Shown here piece after piece: positions 45,498-60,260 of a stretch of 64,000 nucleotides of DNA. The position numbers and the translations under genes were made by a program. The DNA is from the human T2T-CHM13v2.0 reference genome, Homo sapiens. The notes beneath the pieces are model-generated. The model worked only from the letters and a program-made list of their open reading frames with translations. It searched no databases and was not told where the DNA came from. Numbering within the stretch: the first letter of the stretch is position 1; each line of letters starts with the position of its first letter. The stretch lies in the NCBI RefSeq assembly GCF_009914755.1, contig NC_060927.1. The stretch is one strand, 5' to 3'.

Positions 45498-45554
<57 letters not shown>
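45498..45554. repeat. Compound microsatellite (TG)10(TA)7(CA)11
   Basis: Read directly. Confidence 0.95.
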
Positions 45555-45894
45555 TTTGATGCCCTTACTTTGGAAGGATTAAACTCCAACTACCTGGCTT
45601 CAGTGGTAACTGGCTTGATAATGCATCTTCATTGGTTACCTTCCATTCCATATAGCACTTCTTCCCTCCTTTCCCAGTGCTTCCTGGGATCACTTCCCAA
45701 ATAATCTACTTGCATTGTAATGTCTTTGGGTTTGCTTCAGAGGGAGCCCACACTGACACATAGTTCCTCCTCTGTTCTCCCACAGCAATCAGCACATCAG
45801 TCATCACACTGACTCATAACTGCCTTCTTATCAGTATATCTTCATCATTAGCCGTACACTCTGTGGAGTATAAAACATGTATCCCTAGCACCTA

Positions 45895-46308
<414 letters not shown>

Positions 46309-47032
46309 TTAAAGAACAGATTACACCTCCTCATGAAACATTGCAAATGACCCCGACCTGAGAGTGGTGAAAATCTCTCTTCTGGTAGCTCTGTATCATT
46401 TAAATTGCTCATCATCTACCTGGACTACGCTAGCTCTGTTATTTATCTGGGGAAACATGTCCTGTTTTTGCACAGAAATTGCAGCCACCAAAAGCAGCAT
46501 TGACTCTTTCATATCTCTGTGTCACTGCCCCTTAGCACAGTGTCCAGTATGCGCTAGGCACTCAATAAATACTTATGCCTGATAGTGCAGATGTTAAGCA
46601 CTTACGATGGGCATCCTTCTGACAAATCTTATAGAGGATCAGTGCGAGTATAAAACATGGTCCCTGTCCTGAAAATCTGAGACTTGAGCTGGAAGAATGT
46701 AAAGATTCCAAGGAAACTATTAGAATGGCCTATAAATAAGACAAGGATTGCAGACAGGGAGAGGTGAACATTATTCTAGAGTCCACCTCAAGCAAAGGCG
46801 CCGAACACAAACATCTCCAGATTTCCAAAAGAAAGCCTGGAGCACAGCCTGGATTTACATATACTTATGTTGTATCGTCTAGTCAGTAATTTGGGGCATG
46901 TCTTAGAAGGCTTAGACTTCAGAAGGTCAAAAAGCATCAAGACCAAGCGTTCCCCGTTTTGAAGGGCCTGGTGCCTGGACAATTTTGTGAAAGATAGCAG
47001 CACAGCCATTCTTCGAGGGACTTATATTCTCA

Positions 47033-47422
<390 letters not shown>

Positions 47423-47742
47423 TCAAGCAAAAACCACACAGTAGCAGACAACTGGTCTTCCCCCAGCACTGGTGGGCTCAGTTGACCACAGACCATATAG
47501 CTTCCCTAATACTCCAGGGATTCCTGATGCCCTATCTCTCAGTGGGGAGATACTATCCACACCTTCACATGGAAGTTTCAGTGACTTTACTATCTATAAC
47601 TCTCTCAAGAGTATCTGCATTTTTAAAATAAAAGTGGCAAGAGAGATAGGGCAGTAGGGAATCTGGAGGGGGCTAACATTTCTAGGAAGAGGAGGGGTTC
47701 TTTGGAGTCTTCTTCCAAATATTGCATTTAAAATTTTCTTGA

Positions 47743-48036
<294 letters not shown>

Positions 48037-48218
48037 AATTTTCTTGAAGTTTCTAACAGAATTAGTAAGGCAGAATTTAACAGTACAACTGTTAAAGATG
48101 AGACAGATGATAAAAGTGGGGGATGAATGGTAGTTATAAATAAATGGTAAATAAATAGGTAAGTGATAGAGGGGGAAGGAAAAGGATGGAGGGAGGGAGA
48201 GAGGAAAAAGAGAGACTA

Positions 48219-48401
<183 letters not shown>

Positions 48402-50619
48402 TTATGTACGCCACAGCCAAGCTTCTCTTTCCTTCCAACGACTCTGGTTTTTCCAAGGGCTGTGGGATCACACCAGGAGCCCTAGAGGAAGGGAGTATTT
48501 GTAAAGTGGCCCACTGCACTGTCTGACAAGACTCTTTTGCTAATGAACTGATTAATAAATTCATATAAGATAGTTTTTCATTGAAAAATTGAGTACAGTG
48601 ACACGTGAACAATGAATAGTATAAAAGCACATACAATGAATATTAAGTCTTCCTCTCTTCCCAGTTTCCTGATCCCACTTCTTAGAGGCAATAGTTAACA
48701 GTTACTTTTGTAAATTTCCAGAAGTTTGCTATGACTATACAGCACATCTATATCTACACACAACTTTTATAATACACAAAAATGGGAACATGCTTTGCAC
48801 TCTCCTGCACCTTGCTTTTTTTAATGGAACAATATAGTTCAGAGCTCTTTTCATATCACCATACAGGGAGATATCTTATTTCTTTTCATGTCTATAGTTC
48901 TATGATTTATTTAACTGCTCTGCTAATGATGAATATTTAGGTTTCAGTAATTGACAGTCCTTCACTCTTACAAACATTTGGGCAATGAATATCTTTGAAC
49001 ATAGGTCTTTTCACATATTACCAAAACACAAATTATTGAGTGTATCTATAAGATGTACTAAGGGTATGTATTTCTTAGTTTTTTAATAAATAGTATTTTA
49101 ATCAAAGTAATACATGCACATGGCTTAAAAATTACATGCACCAAAAAGCTTATAATGAAATCAATTGTATAATTCTTTAACTGTCATTTATACACCCCAA
49201 ATTCAACAACTGTTAACTCTTCTACCTCCGTATATCTAAATAGTGCTTACACTGATATTTGATTTATCAATTGTAGTTCGTGTTGATTAACTTCTTGCTA
49301 TGGTAGACATTTTTTCTTGGCTTTTTCATGTTGCTTTTTTATGTTTTACTCCCTCATTCTTCTGGAGCACTTGTCAATTAGCTTCTTAAGAAGATTGTGT
49401 AATCTTTGCATATATGAATATATATTTATTCCATTTTCACAATCAATTGGTAGTTTGGCCAGAAATAGAATTCTGAGTTGGAAGTTTTTCCTTAGCAATA
49501 TGAAAGCACTGCTCAGTTATTATCCTGTGTTGCTATTAAGAATTCTTATGCCAGTTTGATTTTTGTTCCTTTTTGGGTGACCTTCTTTTGCCCATTAGTT
49601 TTAAAATCTTTTTCCAAAAAGTTCTGAAATGCCATGATAATGTCCTTGGCATGGTCCTTTCTCATTCACTGTGTTGGGTACTTTCTGGAGCACTGAGGGA
49701 CTTGCATCTTTAGTCCCAGGTAAATTCTCTGCATCATTTCTTCACTAATTTCCTCCCTTTTGTTTAATCAGTGCTCTAGTTGTAGAATTCCTACTTAGTC
49801 AAAAGTTGGGACTTTTGAATTGACATTTACTCTCAAATTTTCTGTTCTCTTTTTCCTACTTTCGGGGCTATTTCGTCAACTTTATCTTTTAGTTCTAATG
49901 TTGATTTTTGTGTAATAATGTTTAATTTCTAATAAGTTTCTTTTTTTGCTGTTCTTTTTTCACAACAAGCTGCTTTTTGTTTTATGTATATAATATCTCT
50001 TTTAATTTCACCAAGGACACTATTCAAAGTTTTCAGAGCCCTTTCTGGTTCTCTTGTTTTGTTCATGGCCACATTTTCTGTGGCTTTATCTTGGCCTCCT
50101 TTTTACCAAAGATTTTCTTCAGATGCCTGGTGAGCCTGAGCTGTTCATGTGTTTTAATCAGAGGACCTGACAAGCTGATTGGGATTTGCCTGGTGGGCAG
50201 AGTGGGAATTTGTGAGTGGTAGGTTTTGCTTTAGGTTGACTGAGGAGGAGGGCATCCATTGTGCCCTCTTTCTCACCAGACCTGGAGGAAATTCTGTGAA
50301 GTCCCAGTGCCCTCTAACTTCCAGGAGTCTGCTGAGGATGGACCTACCATATTTAATCTCCCTCATTTCTTGGTCACCATTCAAAATATAAGCCTGTTTT
50401 GTTCAATCTCCTCCTCTCTGGGTGCACCCTCTCATCAACTTGTACAGGTGATTAAGCCTCTCCGCCAGCATCCCCATCTCAGCTAATGACATTATCACTC
50501 ACTCACACTGATATGAGAAGCATCTGTAACAGTTTTCTCTCCTTTGCACTTCCCGCCACTCTCTTACACGTGGCTTTGTATGCACAAATACACACCAACA
50601 TCCCCTCTTCAATCTCCAA

Positions 50620-53600
50620 ATTTTTTTCTTTCTATTTATTTATTTTTACCTATTATTTTAGGTTCTGGCGTACATGTGCAGGTTTGTTATATAGGTAAAC
50701 TCATGTCACAGGGGCTTGTTGTACAGATTATTTCATCACCTAGGTACTAAGCCTAGTACCCAACAGTTATTTTTTCTGCTCCTCTTGCTGCTCCTACCCT
50801 TCATCCTCAAGTAGGTCCCAGTAGCTGTTGTTCTTTTCTATGTCCGTGAGTTCTCATCATTTAACTCCCACTTACAAGTGAGAACATGCAGTATTTGGTT
50901 TTCTGTTTCCTGCTTTAGTTTGCTAAGGCTAATGGCCTCTAACTCCATCCATGCTCCCGCAAAAGACATAATCTCTTGCTTTTTTATGGCTGCATAGTAT
51001 TCCATCATGTATGTGTACCACATTTTCTTTATCCAGTTTGTCACTGATAGGCATTCAGGTTGCTTCCATGTCTTTGCTATAGTGAACAGTGCTGCAATGA
51101 ACATGCATGTGTGTGTATCTTTACAGTAGAATGATTTATATTCCTCTGGGTACCTACCCAGTAATGCGATTGCTGGGATGAATCCAGCAACAGTAGTTCT
51201 GTTTTAGGTCTTTGAGGAATTGCCACACTGCTTTCCATAATGGTTGAACTAATTTACACTTCTACTAACAGTGTATGTGTTCCCTTTTCTCCACAACATT
51301 GCCAGCGTCTGTTATTTTTTGACTCTAATGATAGCCATTCTGACTGGTGTGAAATAGTACCTTATTGTGGTTCTGATTTGCATTTGTCTAATGGTCAGTG
51401 ATGTTGAGCTTTTTATCATATGCTCGTTGGCTGCATGTAAGTCTTCTTTAAAAAAAAAGTCTATTCATGTCCTTTGCCCACTTTTCAGTGGAGTTGTTTT
51501 CTTATTGTAAATTTAATTTCCTTATAGATGCTGAATATCAGACCTTTAACAGATGCATAGTTTGCAAATATTTTCTCCCATTCTGTAGGTTGTCTGTTTA
51601 CTCTGTTAATAGTTTTTTGGTTTTTGTTTGTTTTTGTTTTCTGTGCAGAAGCTCTTAAGTTTAGTTAGATCCCATTTGTCAAATTTTGGTTTCATTCTGA
51701 TTGCTTTTGGCATCTTCATCATGAAATATTTGCCCATTTCTATGTCCAGAATGGTATTGCATAGGTTGTCTTCCAGAGTTTTTATAGTTTGGGGATTTAC
51801 ATTTAAGTCTTTAATCCATCTTGAGTTGATTTTTGTATATGGTGTAAGAAAGGAGTCCAGTTTCAATCTTCTGCATATAGCTAGCCAGTTATTCCAGCAC
51901 CATTTATTGAATAGGGTGTTTTCCTCATTGCTTGTTTTGTCAGCTTTGTTCAAGATCAGATGGTTGTAGGTGTGCAGCCTTATTTCTGGGCTCTCTATTC
52001 TGTACATTGATCTATATGACTGTTTTTGTATCAGTACCATGCTGTTTTGGTTACTGTAGCCCTGTTGTATATTTTGAAGTTGGGAAACGTGATGCCTCCA
52101 GCTTTATACTTTTTACTTAGGATTGCCTTGGGTATTTGGGCTCTTTCTTGATTCCATATAAATTTTAAAACAGCATTTTTTAAATTCTGTCAAGAATGTC
52201 ATTGGTAATTTCATAGGAATAGCACTGAATCTGTAAATTGCTCTAGGCAGTATATCCATTTTAATGATATTGATTCTTCCTATCCATGAGCATGAGATGT
52301 TCTTCCATTTGTTTGTGTCATTTTTAATTTCTTTGAGCAGCATTTTGCAATTCTCATTGTAGAGATCTTTCACCTCCCTGTTGGCTGTATTCCTATGTAT
52401 TTTATTATTTTGTCACAATAGTAAATAGGATTGCATTCCTGATTTGGCTCTCGGCTTGGCTGTTGGTATACAGGAATGCTAGTGGTTTTCGTACATTGAT
52501 TTTGTGTCTTGAAACTTTGCTGAAGTTGTTTATCAGCTGAAGGAGCTTTTGAGCTGAGATTATGGGGTTTTCTAGATATAGATTCATGTTATCTGCAAAC
52601 AGGAATAGTTTGACTTCTTCTCTTCCTATTTGGATGCCCTTTATTTCTTTTTCTTCCTGATTGCTCTGTCCAGGACTCCCAATACTATGTTGAATAGGAG
52701 TGGTGAGAGAGGGTATCCTGTCTTGTGCTACTTTTCAAGGAGAATGCTTCCAGCTTTTCCCCATTCAGTATGATGTTGGCTGTAGGTTTGTCATAGATGG
52801 CTCTTATTATTTTGAGGTATGTTCCTTCAATATCTAGTGTATTGAGAGTTTTGAACATGAATGGATGTTGAGTTTATCAAAAGCCTTTTCTGCAACTATT
52901 GAAATATTCATGTGTTTTTTTACTTTAGTTCTGATGAATCACATTTATTGATTTGCATATGTTGAACCAACCATGCATCCCAAGGATGAAGCCTACTTGA
53001 TTGTGGTGGATTAGCTTTTTAATGTGCTGCTGGATTAGGTTTGCAAGTATTTTGTTGAGGATTTTTGCATCAATGTTCATCAAGGATATTGACCTAAAGT
53101 TTTCTTTTTTTGTGCCTCTGCCAGGTTTTGGTATCAGGACGATGGTGGTCTCATTGAATGATTTGGGGAGGAGTCTCTGCTCCTCAATTTTTTGGAATAG
53201 TTTCTGTAGGAATGGTACCTGCTCTTTGTACATCTAGTAGAATTCAGCTATGGATCCATCTGGTCTCAGGATTTTTTTGGTTGGTAGGCTATTTATTATA
53301 GATTCAATTTTGGAGCTTGTTATTGGTCTATTCAGGGAATCAGTTTCTTCCCAGTTCAGTCTTGGCAGGGTGTTTGTGTCCAGGTATTTTTAGTTTGTGT
53401 GCTTAGAGGTGTTTTTAGCAGTTTTTAATGGTTATTTTTATTTCTGTGGGGTCAGTGGTAACATCCCCTTTGTTATTTCTAATTGTGTTTATTTGGATTT
53501 CCTTATTTTTTGTCTTCTGCTAGCTTTGCTCTTGCTTCTCTAACTCTTTCCATTGTGATGTGACATTGTTTAAGTTATTTCTAAGTTTTTGATGTGGGCG

Positions 53601-54491
53601 TTTAGTGCTATGAATTTTCTCTTAACACTGCCTTAGCTGTGTCCCAGAGATTCTGGTATGTTGTATCTTTGTTCTCATTAGTTCCAAAAAACTTCTTGAT
53701 TTCTGCTTTAATTTCATTATTTACCCAAAAGTCATTCAGAGGCATGTTGTTTAATTTCCATGTAATTGCATGGTTTTAAGTGATTTTTTTAGTCTTTTCT
53801 TCTATTTTTATTGTGCTGTGGTCCGAGAGTGTGTTTGGTAAAATTTTGGTTCTTTTGCATTTGCTGAAGCTTGTTTTATGTTCCATTATGTGGTCAGTTT
53901 TAGAGTATGGGCCATGTGGTGATGAGAAGAATGTATATTCTGTTGTTTTGGGGTGGAGAGTTCTGTAGAGGTCTAACAGGTCCATTTGGTCCAATGTTGA
54001 CTTCAGGTCCTGAATATCTTGGTTAATTTTCTGCCCCAGTGATCTGTCTAATACTGTCAGTGCTGTGTTGAAGTCTCCCACTATTATTGTGTGGGAGTCT
54101 AAGTCTCTTTGTAGGTCTCTAAGAACTTGCCTTTTGAATCTGGGTGCTCCTGTCTTGGGCGCATATACCTTTAGATTAGTTAGGTCTTCTTGTTGAATTG
54201 AACATTTTACCATTATGTAATGCCCTTCTTTATCTATTTTTTATCTTTGTTGGTTTAAAGTCTGTTTTGTCTGAAATTAAGATTGCAACTTCTGCTTTTT
54301 TTCTGATTTCCATTTGCTTGGTATATTTTCCTCCATTTCTTTTATTTTGAGCCTATGTGTGTCATTACATGTAAGATGAGTCTTTTGAAGACAGCATACC
54401 ATTGGGTCTTGCTTTTTTATCCAGCTTGACATTGTGTGCCTTTTAAGTGGGGCATTTAGCCCATTGACATTCAAGGCTAATATTGATATGT
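50620..54491 (-). mobile_element. LINE-1 (L1PA12/13-like), 5'-truncated at the start of ORF2, same sense as SCN11A
   Basis: ORF2 EN/RT peptides on the minus strand ([37 protein letters not shown]), 3' UTR and poly-T. Confidence 0.95.
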
Positions 54492-55236
54492 CCTAGTCTT
54501 TCTGTCTCCTAAACGTCTCTGGAATGCATCCATCCAGCTTTCTTCATCACCACTGTACATCTTCATGATCCTTATTCTTTCTACCACAGTCTTGTAATTG
54601 GCTTCCTCATCTACTCTATGCATCCATTCTCTATACAGAAACCATAGTGGCTTTTAAAATATGTCTAATCTGCCCAGTCATCTTCCTGCCCTAAAACCTT
54701 TCCATGTCTCCTGCTTCCTTTGTGATCAAGACCAAAATCGTTGGCACTGATGAGCTATCACGTCCTTCATGGTTGGCTCTTGTCTCTGTTCCTTCCTGCT
54801 CTCTTGCCTGTCTGCCCAAAAAGTTGCTGGGCTTCTTGTCAATCCCTATATGCTCTTGTGCTCCAAGGCCTTATGCTCACCCTTGCTGTGCCTACTGTCT
54901 GGAATTGTTCACTCTTTATCTACTGGAACCTCCTACTTAGACTTCAGATCTGAGTTGTAGTCACGGTGAATTAGTCAGCAGGGGAGGAAGCAGTGACTGG
55001 AGGGTGAAGACTAGCCTGGGCCCTGAAAAGACCAAAGCCTGCCTGGAAAGATGATCACAGACCTGCCTTCTCAGAGTGCCATCTCCTCAGAAGCAAGCAT
55101 GTTGTGATCACTGTGGAATGCTGTGTACTAGGAGTTGGTTTACCACAAAACTCTGGAGCATTCATATTGTACCTAGACTGAGAGAGATGTGCTGGCACAT
55201 AAACTTAGAGACAAGAGCCCTATAAAGACCAGTTGT

Positions 55237-55979
55237 ACATCATTGATCATTAGAGAAATACAAATCAAAACCACAATGAGATACCATCTCACACCAGTCA
55301 GAATGGCTATTACTAAAAAGTCAAAAAATAACAGATGCTGGCATGGATGCGGAGAAAAAGGAACATTTATCCACCGTTGGTGGGAGTGTAAATTAGTTCA
55401 ACCATTGTGGAAAACTGTGGCAATTCCTCAAAGACCTAAAAACAGAACTACCATTTGACCTGGCAAGCCCATTACTGGGTATATACCCAAAGGAATATAA
55501 ATCATTGTATCATAAAGACACATGCAAGTGAAAGTTCATTGTCACACTATTCACAAGAGCAAAGACATGGAGGCAACCTGAATGCCCAACAATGACAGAC
55601 TGGATAAAGCTAATGTGGTGCATATGTGCCATGGAATACTATGCAGCCATAAAAAGAATGAGTTCTATTACTTTGCAAGAACATGGATGGAGCTGGAGGC
55701 TATTAACCTTAACAAACTAATGCAAGAACAGAAAAACCAAATCCTACATGTTCTTAGTTGTAAATGAGAGATAAATGATGAGAACACATGGACACACAGT
55801 GGAGAACAATAGATACTGGGACCTATTGGATGGTGGAGGTTGAGAGAAGGAAGAGAATCAGGAAAAATAACTAATGGGTACTAGATTTAATACCTGGGTG
55901 ATGAAATAATCTGTACACAAATTTACCTATATAACAAACCTGCATATGTACCCCTGAACTTAAAATAAAAGCTAAAAAG
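55237..55979 (+). mobile_element. 5'-truncated L1PA (L1PA13-16-like) 3' end
   Basis: ORF2 end plus 3' UTR ending cctgaacttaaaataaaag; TSD aagaccagtt. Confidence 0.9.
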
Positions 55980-55990
55980 AAGACCAGTTT

Positions 55991-56081
55991 GTGCACCAAA
56001 ATCTCAGAAATTACCACTAAAGAACTTATTCATGTAACCAAGTACCACCTGTTCCCCCAAAACCTACTGAAATAAAAAAAA
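55991..56081 (+). mobile_element. ~90-bp L1PB-like 3' terminal fragment
   Basis: gtgcaccaaaatctcagaaattaccactaaagaactt...ctgaaataaaa. Confidence 0.85.
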
Positions 56082-56440
56082 TACCCAAGTTTGACTGCTG
56101 TTAAGCATGGTATGTGTCCTCTGCCTCTCTACTTTCCCCACCACTCTCTATTGTCATATACACATCACACTTGATTCATTTTGTGTCTGATGTTATTTGA
56201 GTTTTCAACAGCTAAAATAGTTTTTTGGACTTTTTATAGCAGTATAGTATTGTAATAAGAGATTTTGGAGGCAAAAGACTTGGGAAAAAAAAAAAGGACT
56301 AGTTGGAAACAAGGCTGCTGCTTCTGCCTGTCTAGGTTATACACCCCACGTTGGATTCTGCCTATGGTAACCACACCTGTCTGCCTGTGTGAGGGGTAAA
56401 AGAAGTGCTATATGCAGCAGCTGTCGGGCTCCCTTTAAGA

Positions 56441-56771
56441 CAGGGATCCCCAAACCCGGGCCCCAGAGCAGTACTGGTTCATGGCCTGCTAGGAACTAGG
56501 CTGTACAGCAAGTGAGCAGCAGGCGAGTGAGCATTACACCTGATCTCCACCTCCTGTCACATCAGTGGTAAGCATTAGATTTTCATAAGAGTGTGAACCC
56601 TATTGTGAACTGCGCATGCAAGGGATCTAGGTTGCACGCTCCTTATGAGAATCTAACTAATGCCTGATGATCTGAGGTAGAACAGTTTCATTCTAAAACC
56701 ACCCCCACTTCCTGCCCACGAAAAAATTATCTTCCATGAAATCAGTCCCTGGTGCCAAAATGTTGGGGAGC
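56441..56771. mobile_element. MER1B (hAT-Charlie)
   Basis: gaaccctattgtgaactgcgcatgc...ggatctaggttgcacgctccttatgagaatctaa motif. Confidence 0.9.
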
Positions 56772-57022
56772 TTTCTGGCAACAGGGACCGGTTTCATGGA
56801 AGACAGTTTTTCTTTCTAGAATGATCCTCAACAAGATCAATGCAGTGTGTGCTGTTGGGAATCATTCTAGAAAGCTCAGTAAGCTTCATATTAGATTAAA
56901 GCCTATCGTGTCTTGCAAATGGAATGAGAGAAGCCTTCCCTAATTCTCCAGACAAGGTCACAACCCCATCATACCTCTCAGCACCTGCACATCACCCTTA
57001 TAACACTCATCACACTTTCTAG

Positions 57023-57351
57023 TAATCATGCATTGCTCAACAGCAGGAATACATTCTAAGAAATGTGTAGTTAGGCAATTTTGTTGTATAAACATCATAG
57101 AGTGTACACACAAGCCTAGATGGTATAGCCTACTACACACCTAGACTATGTGGCATAGCCTATTGTTCCTAGGCTACAAACTTGTACAGCATGTTACTAT
57201 ACTGAATACTGTAGGCAACTGTAGCACAATGGTAATAATTTGTGTATACACAGAAAAGGCACTGTAAAAATATAGTATTATAATTTTATGGGGCCAGTAT
57301 CATATATATCATCCATTATCAATCTAAATATCATTATGCAACACATAACTG
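57023..57351. mobile_element. Tigger3/MER7-like TcMar element
   Basis: cctagatggtatagcctactacacacctag...ctaggctacaaac motif. Confidence 0.88.
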
Positions 57352-58099
57352 CATTTTCTGTGCATCTGTCTTCCCTAGAAGACATCAAATCCAAAAACGT
57401 GGAGCTGCCTTGTTCACAATTGCATTCCTTGAGGCAAACTCAGGGCTTGGCACTCTGTAGATTCTTGTTATCTATTTGTAATTTAGGAATGAATGTCATC
57501 TATTTCATCAGAGTACCTTGCATATTATCTTAATTTGAAATACACTCAATAAATCTTCACTGAATTGAATCTTTCACAATAGAAAGCACCGCTAACCTGA
57601 AGGAAAAAAGAGTTTCCCCATTGGAGCAGAGGGCCAGCAGCTGTTGGGGCAAGTGTAAGTGGATGTATGTTCAACTGTGTTTGTAATTTGAGGCAATAGT
57701 TGTCAACAGGTCAACAAAGAGAAGAAGCATGCTCAGATACTCTTGCAGCAGGGCAATGCCACTGAACAGGAAACAAGGGCCTCACAGGGCTCTCAGTCAT
57801 AACATCCCTTCTCAGTTTTGAAAGTCTTGAATACCTACTCCATAAAGTTGAAATATCACTGTTTCAGTAGGTTTCTTATAAGCTTCCAATTTAACATAAC
57901 TAGGGAGGAAAGCTGCCTTAAACACCAGGAAATGATTTTTTAATTTAATAACACAAGTCTAAACATGTTTAGACACATGAAATAATTATGTGAGAACTAT
58001 CATCACTGTGTCCACCAGTCATTAAAGACTGTTTGCCACACCATTCTAAAAGGTCTAGAGGTACTCTTCTTGGGAGGAAAATGATTATAAACCTCTTAC

Positions 58100-58166
58100 C
58101 TGTTACCCATCCAGATGCCACACATTTTGAATTCAGGTGAATTTTCTTTCTTTTCAAAGCAATGGT
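58100..58166 (-). CDS. SCN11A: Coding exon 7 (67 nt): DI extracellular loop, (D)HCFEKKENSPEFKMCGIWMGN(S)
   Basis: ctctctcag|AC acceptor, AG|gtaaga donor; phases fit exons 6 and 8. Confidence 0.94.
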
Positions 58167-58575
58167 CTGAGAGAGGAAAAAGTCATAAATTCAGATTTTA
58201 AAAAAAACATCGAAAGGAAAGAGAATAGTAAGTATGCAGATTATGCTTGAAAATGGATGTTTCTACATCTTCTAAAATGATTAAAGGAGGTGTGTCCAGA
58301 GAGAAACTGGAGCCCAAGACCTCTGGAAGGAGCAAGAAGGAAGGAGGGAAAAGAAGAAGGAAGGAGAAGTTGGAGGAGGAAGCAGTGACATCACCACCAC
58401 CACTTTGCCTCTCTTAAATAATACTGAACCGAAGATCCTCCCTGGGGGAAGCTGGACACAGACCCATCCCATGAGAGACATCAAGAGAGTGTAGTCACAT
58501 GAGATTCATGACACATGGAGTAGGTGTAGGGTCAACCTCAGCATGGAGAGGGTGGGCACTGAAAGAAGTGTTGTT

Positions 58576-58875
<300 letters not shown>

Positions 58876-59142
58876 TCATTGGAGAAATACTTGAGGAGTG
58901 GGGCTGGGAAGCTGCTGATTATTGTTAGCCAAATCCAAGCATTCTAAAAACTTCTGCAAATCATTACAAAGAAGTGGGCAGAGATCTAAATGGCAAAGGG
59001 ATGGGACAGCATAGAATTGCTCTTGTGGATGTGGTTTCAAGACTTTCCTTCTCCATAGGAAGCCAAAGAATGAGGCAATTCTCTAGGAAATGCATCTGCC
59101 CACAGGAGCACCCTGGATGGATGAAGTCCTCCCTTGCTGCTA

Positions 59143-59604
<462 letters not shown>

Positions 59605-60052
59605 TCATCAAAGCAGTCAACAAGTTTGAGACTCAATCTCTCTATTCCTGCCCTATGCCTGCCTCAGTGCTGCTATGAGGAGCAAGCAAAGAGGCTTTGA
59701 ATAGAAACATGCCACACGGACTCAAGGCATAGGTTGAGGACAGTTGCAAAGGCACCACCTAAGCTGGGGCCACACTAGAGAATGAGATAGACCTGTATTT
59801 AACATTTAGTAGATACTGTCTACTGTCAAAGTACTTGAGTACCATGAGACACAGCTAAATTGTGGGGTATAGGGGATGAAGGAGATTTGTCTAGACCCAA
59901 ATTATGAGGATATCCTGGGAGGGAAAACTCAGATTACCAGTTAGAATAAGGTGTTTTCTTTTCATTCATTCATTCATTCAAGAAGTATTTATTAAGCACC
60001 TACTATGTCCATGGCACACTGTTAAGCTGCCAAAGTTACAAAATAAATAATC

Positions 60053-60260
60053 TTGTGGCATGCTAGTAAATATTTAAAACTGGCTCTTCAAGCAGGAGGC
60101 AGGAGAGCCCTGATCTATAGCATTTACAGGTTTCCTTGTTTTCTGAATTCTGTGGTATAGATCCTGATCCCCACTCACCACCATGGTAGATTTCAAGCTA
60201 CCAATATGATGTCACTGGACAGAGCTGGAAAAAGAACAAGTCAACTTCAGCAATCCACTG
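60053..60260. mobile_element. MER63-like hAT element
   Basis: gtggcatgctagtaaatatttaaaactggctc start and ...cagcaatccactg end. Confidence 0.6.

Noticed and set aside
50838-54474. Endonuclease/reverse transcriptase ORFs (also 13966-15217 and 31335-31898)
   Set aside because: Fragmented, frameshifted L1 ORF2 relics; no intact element.
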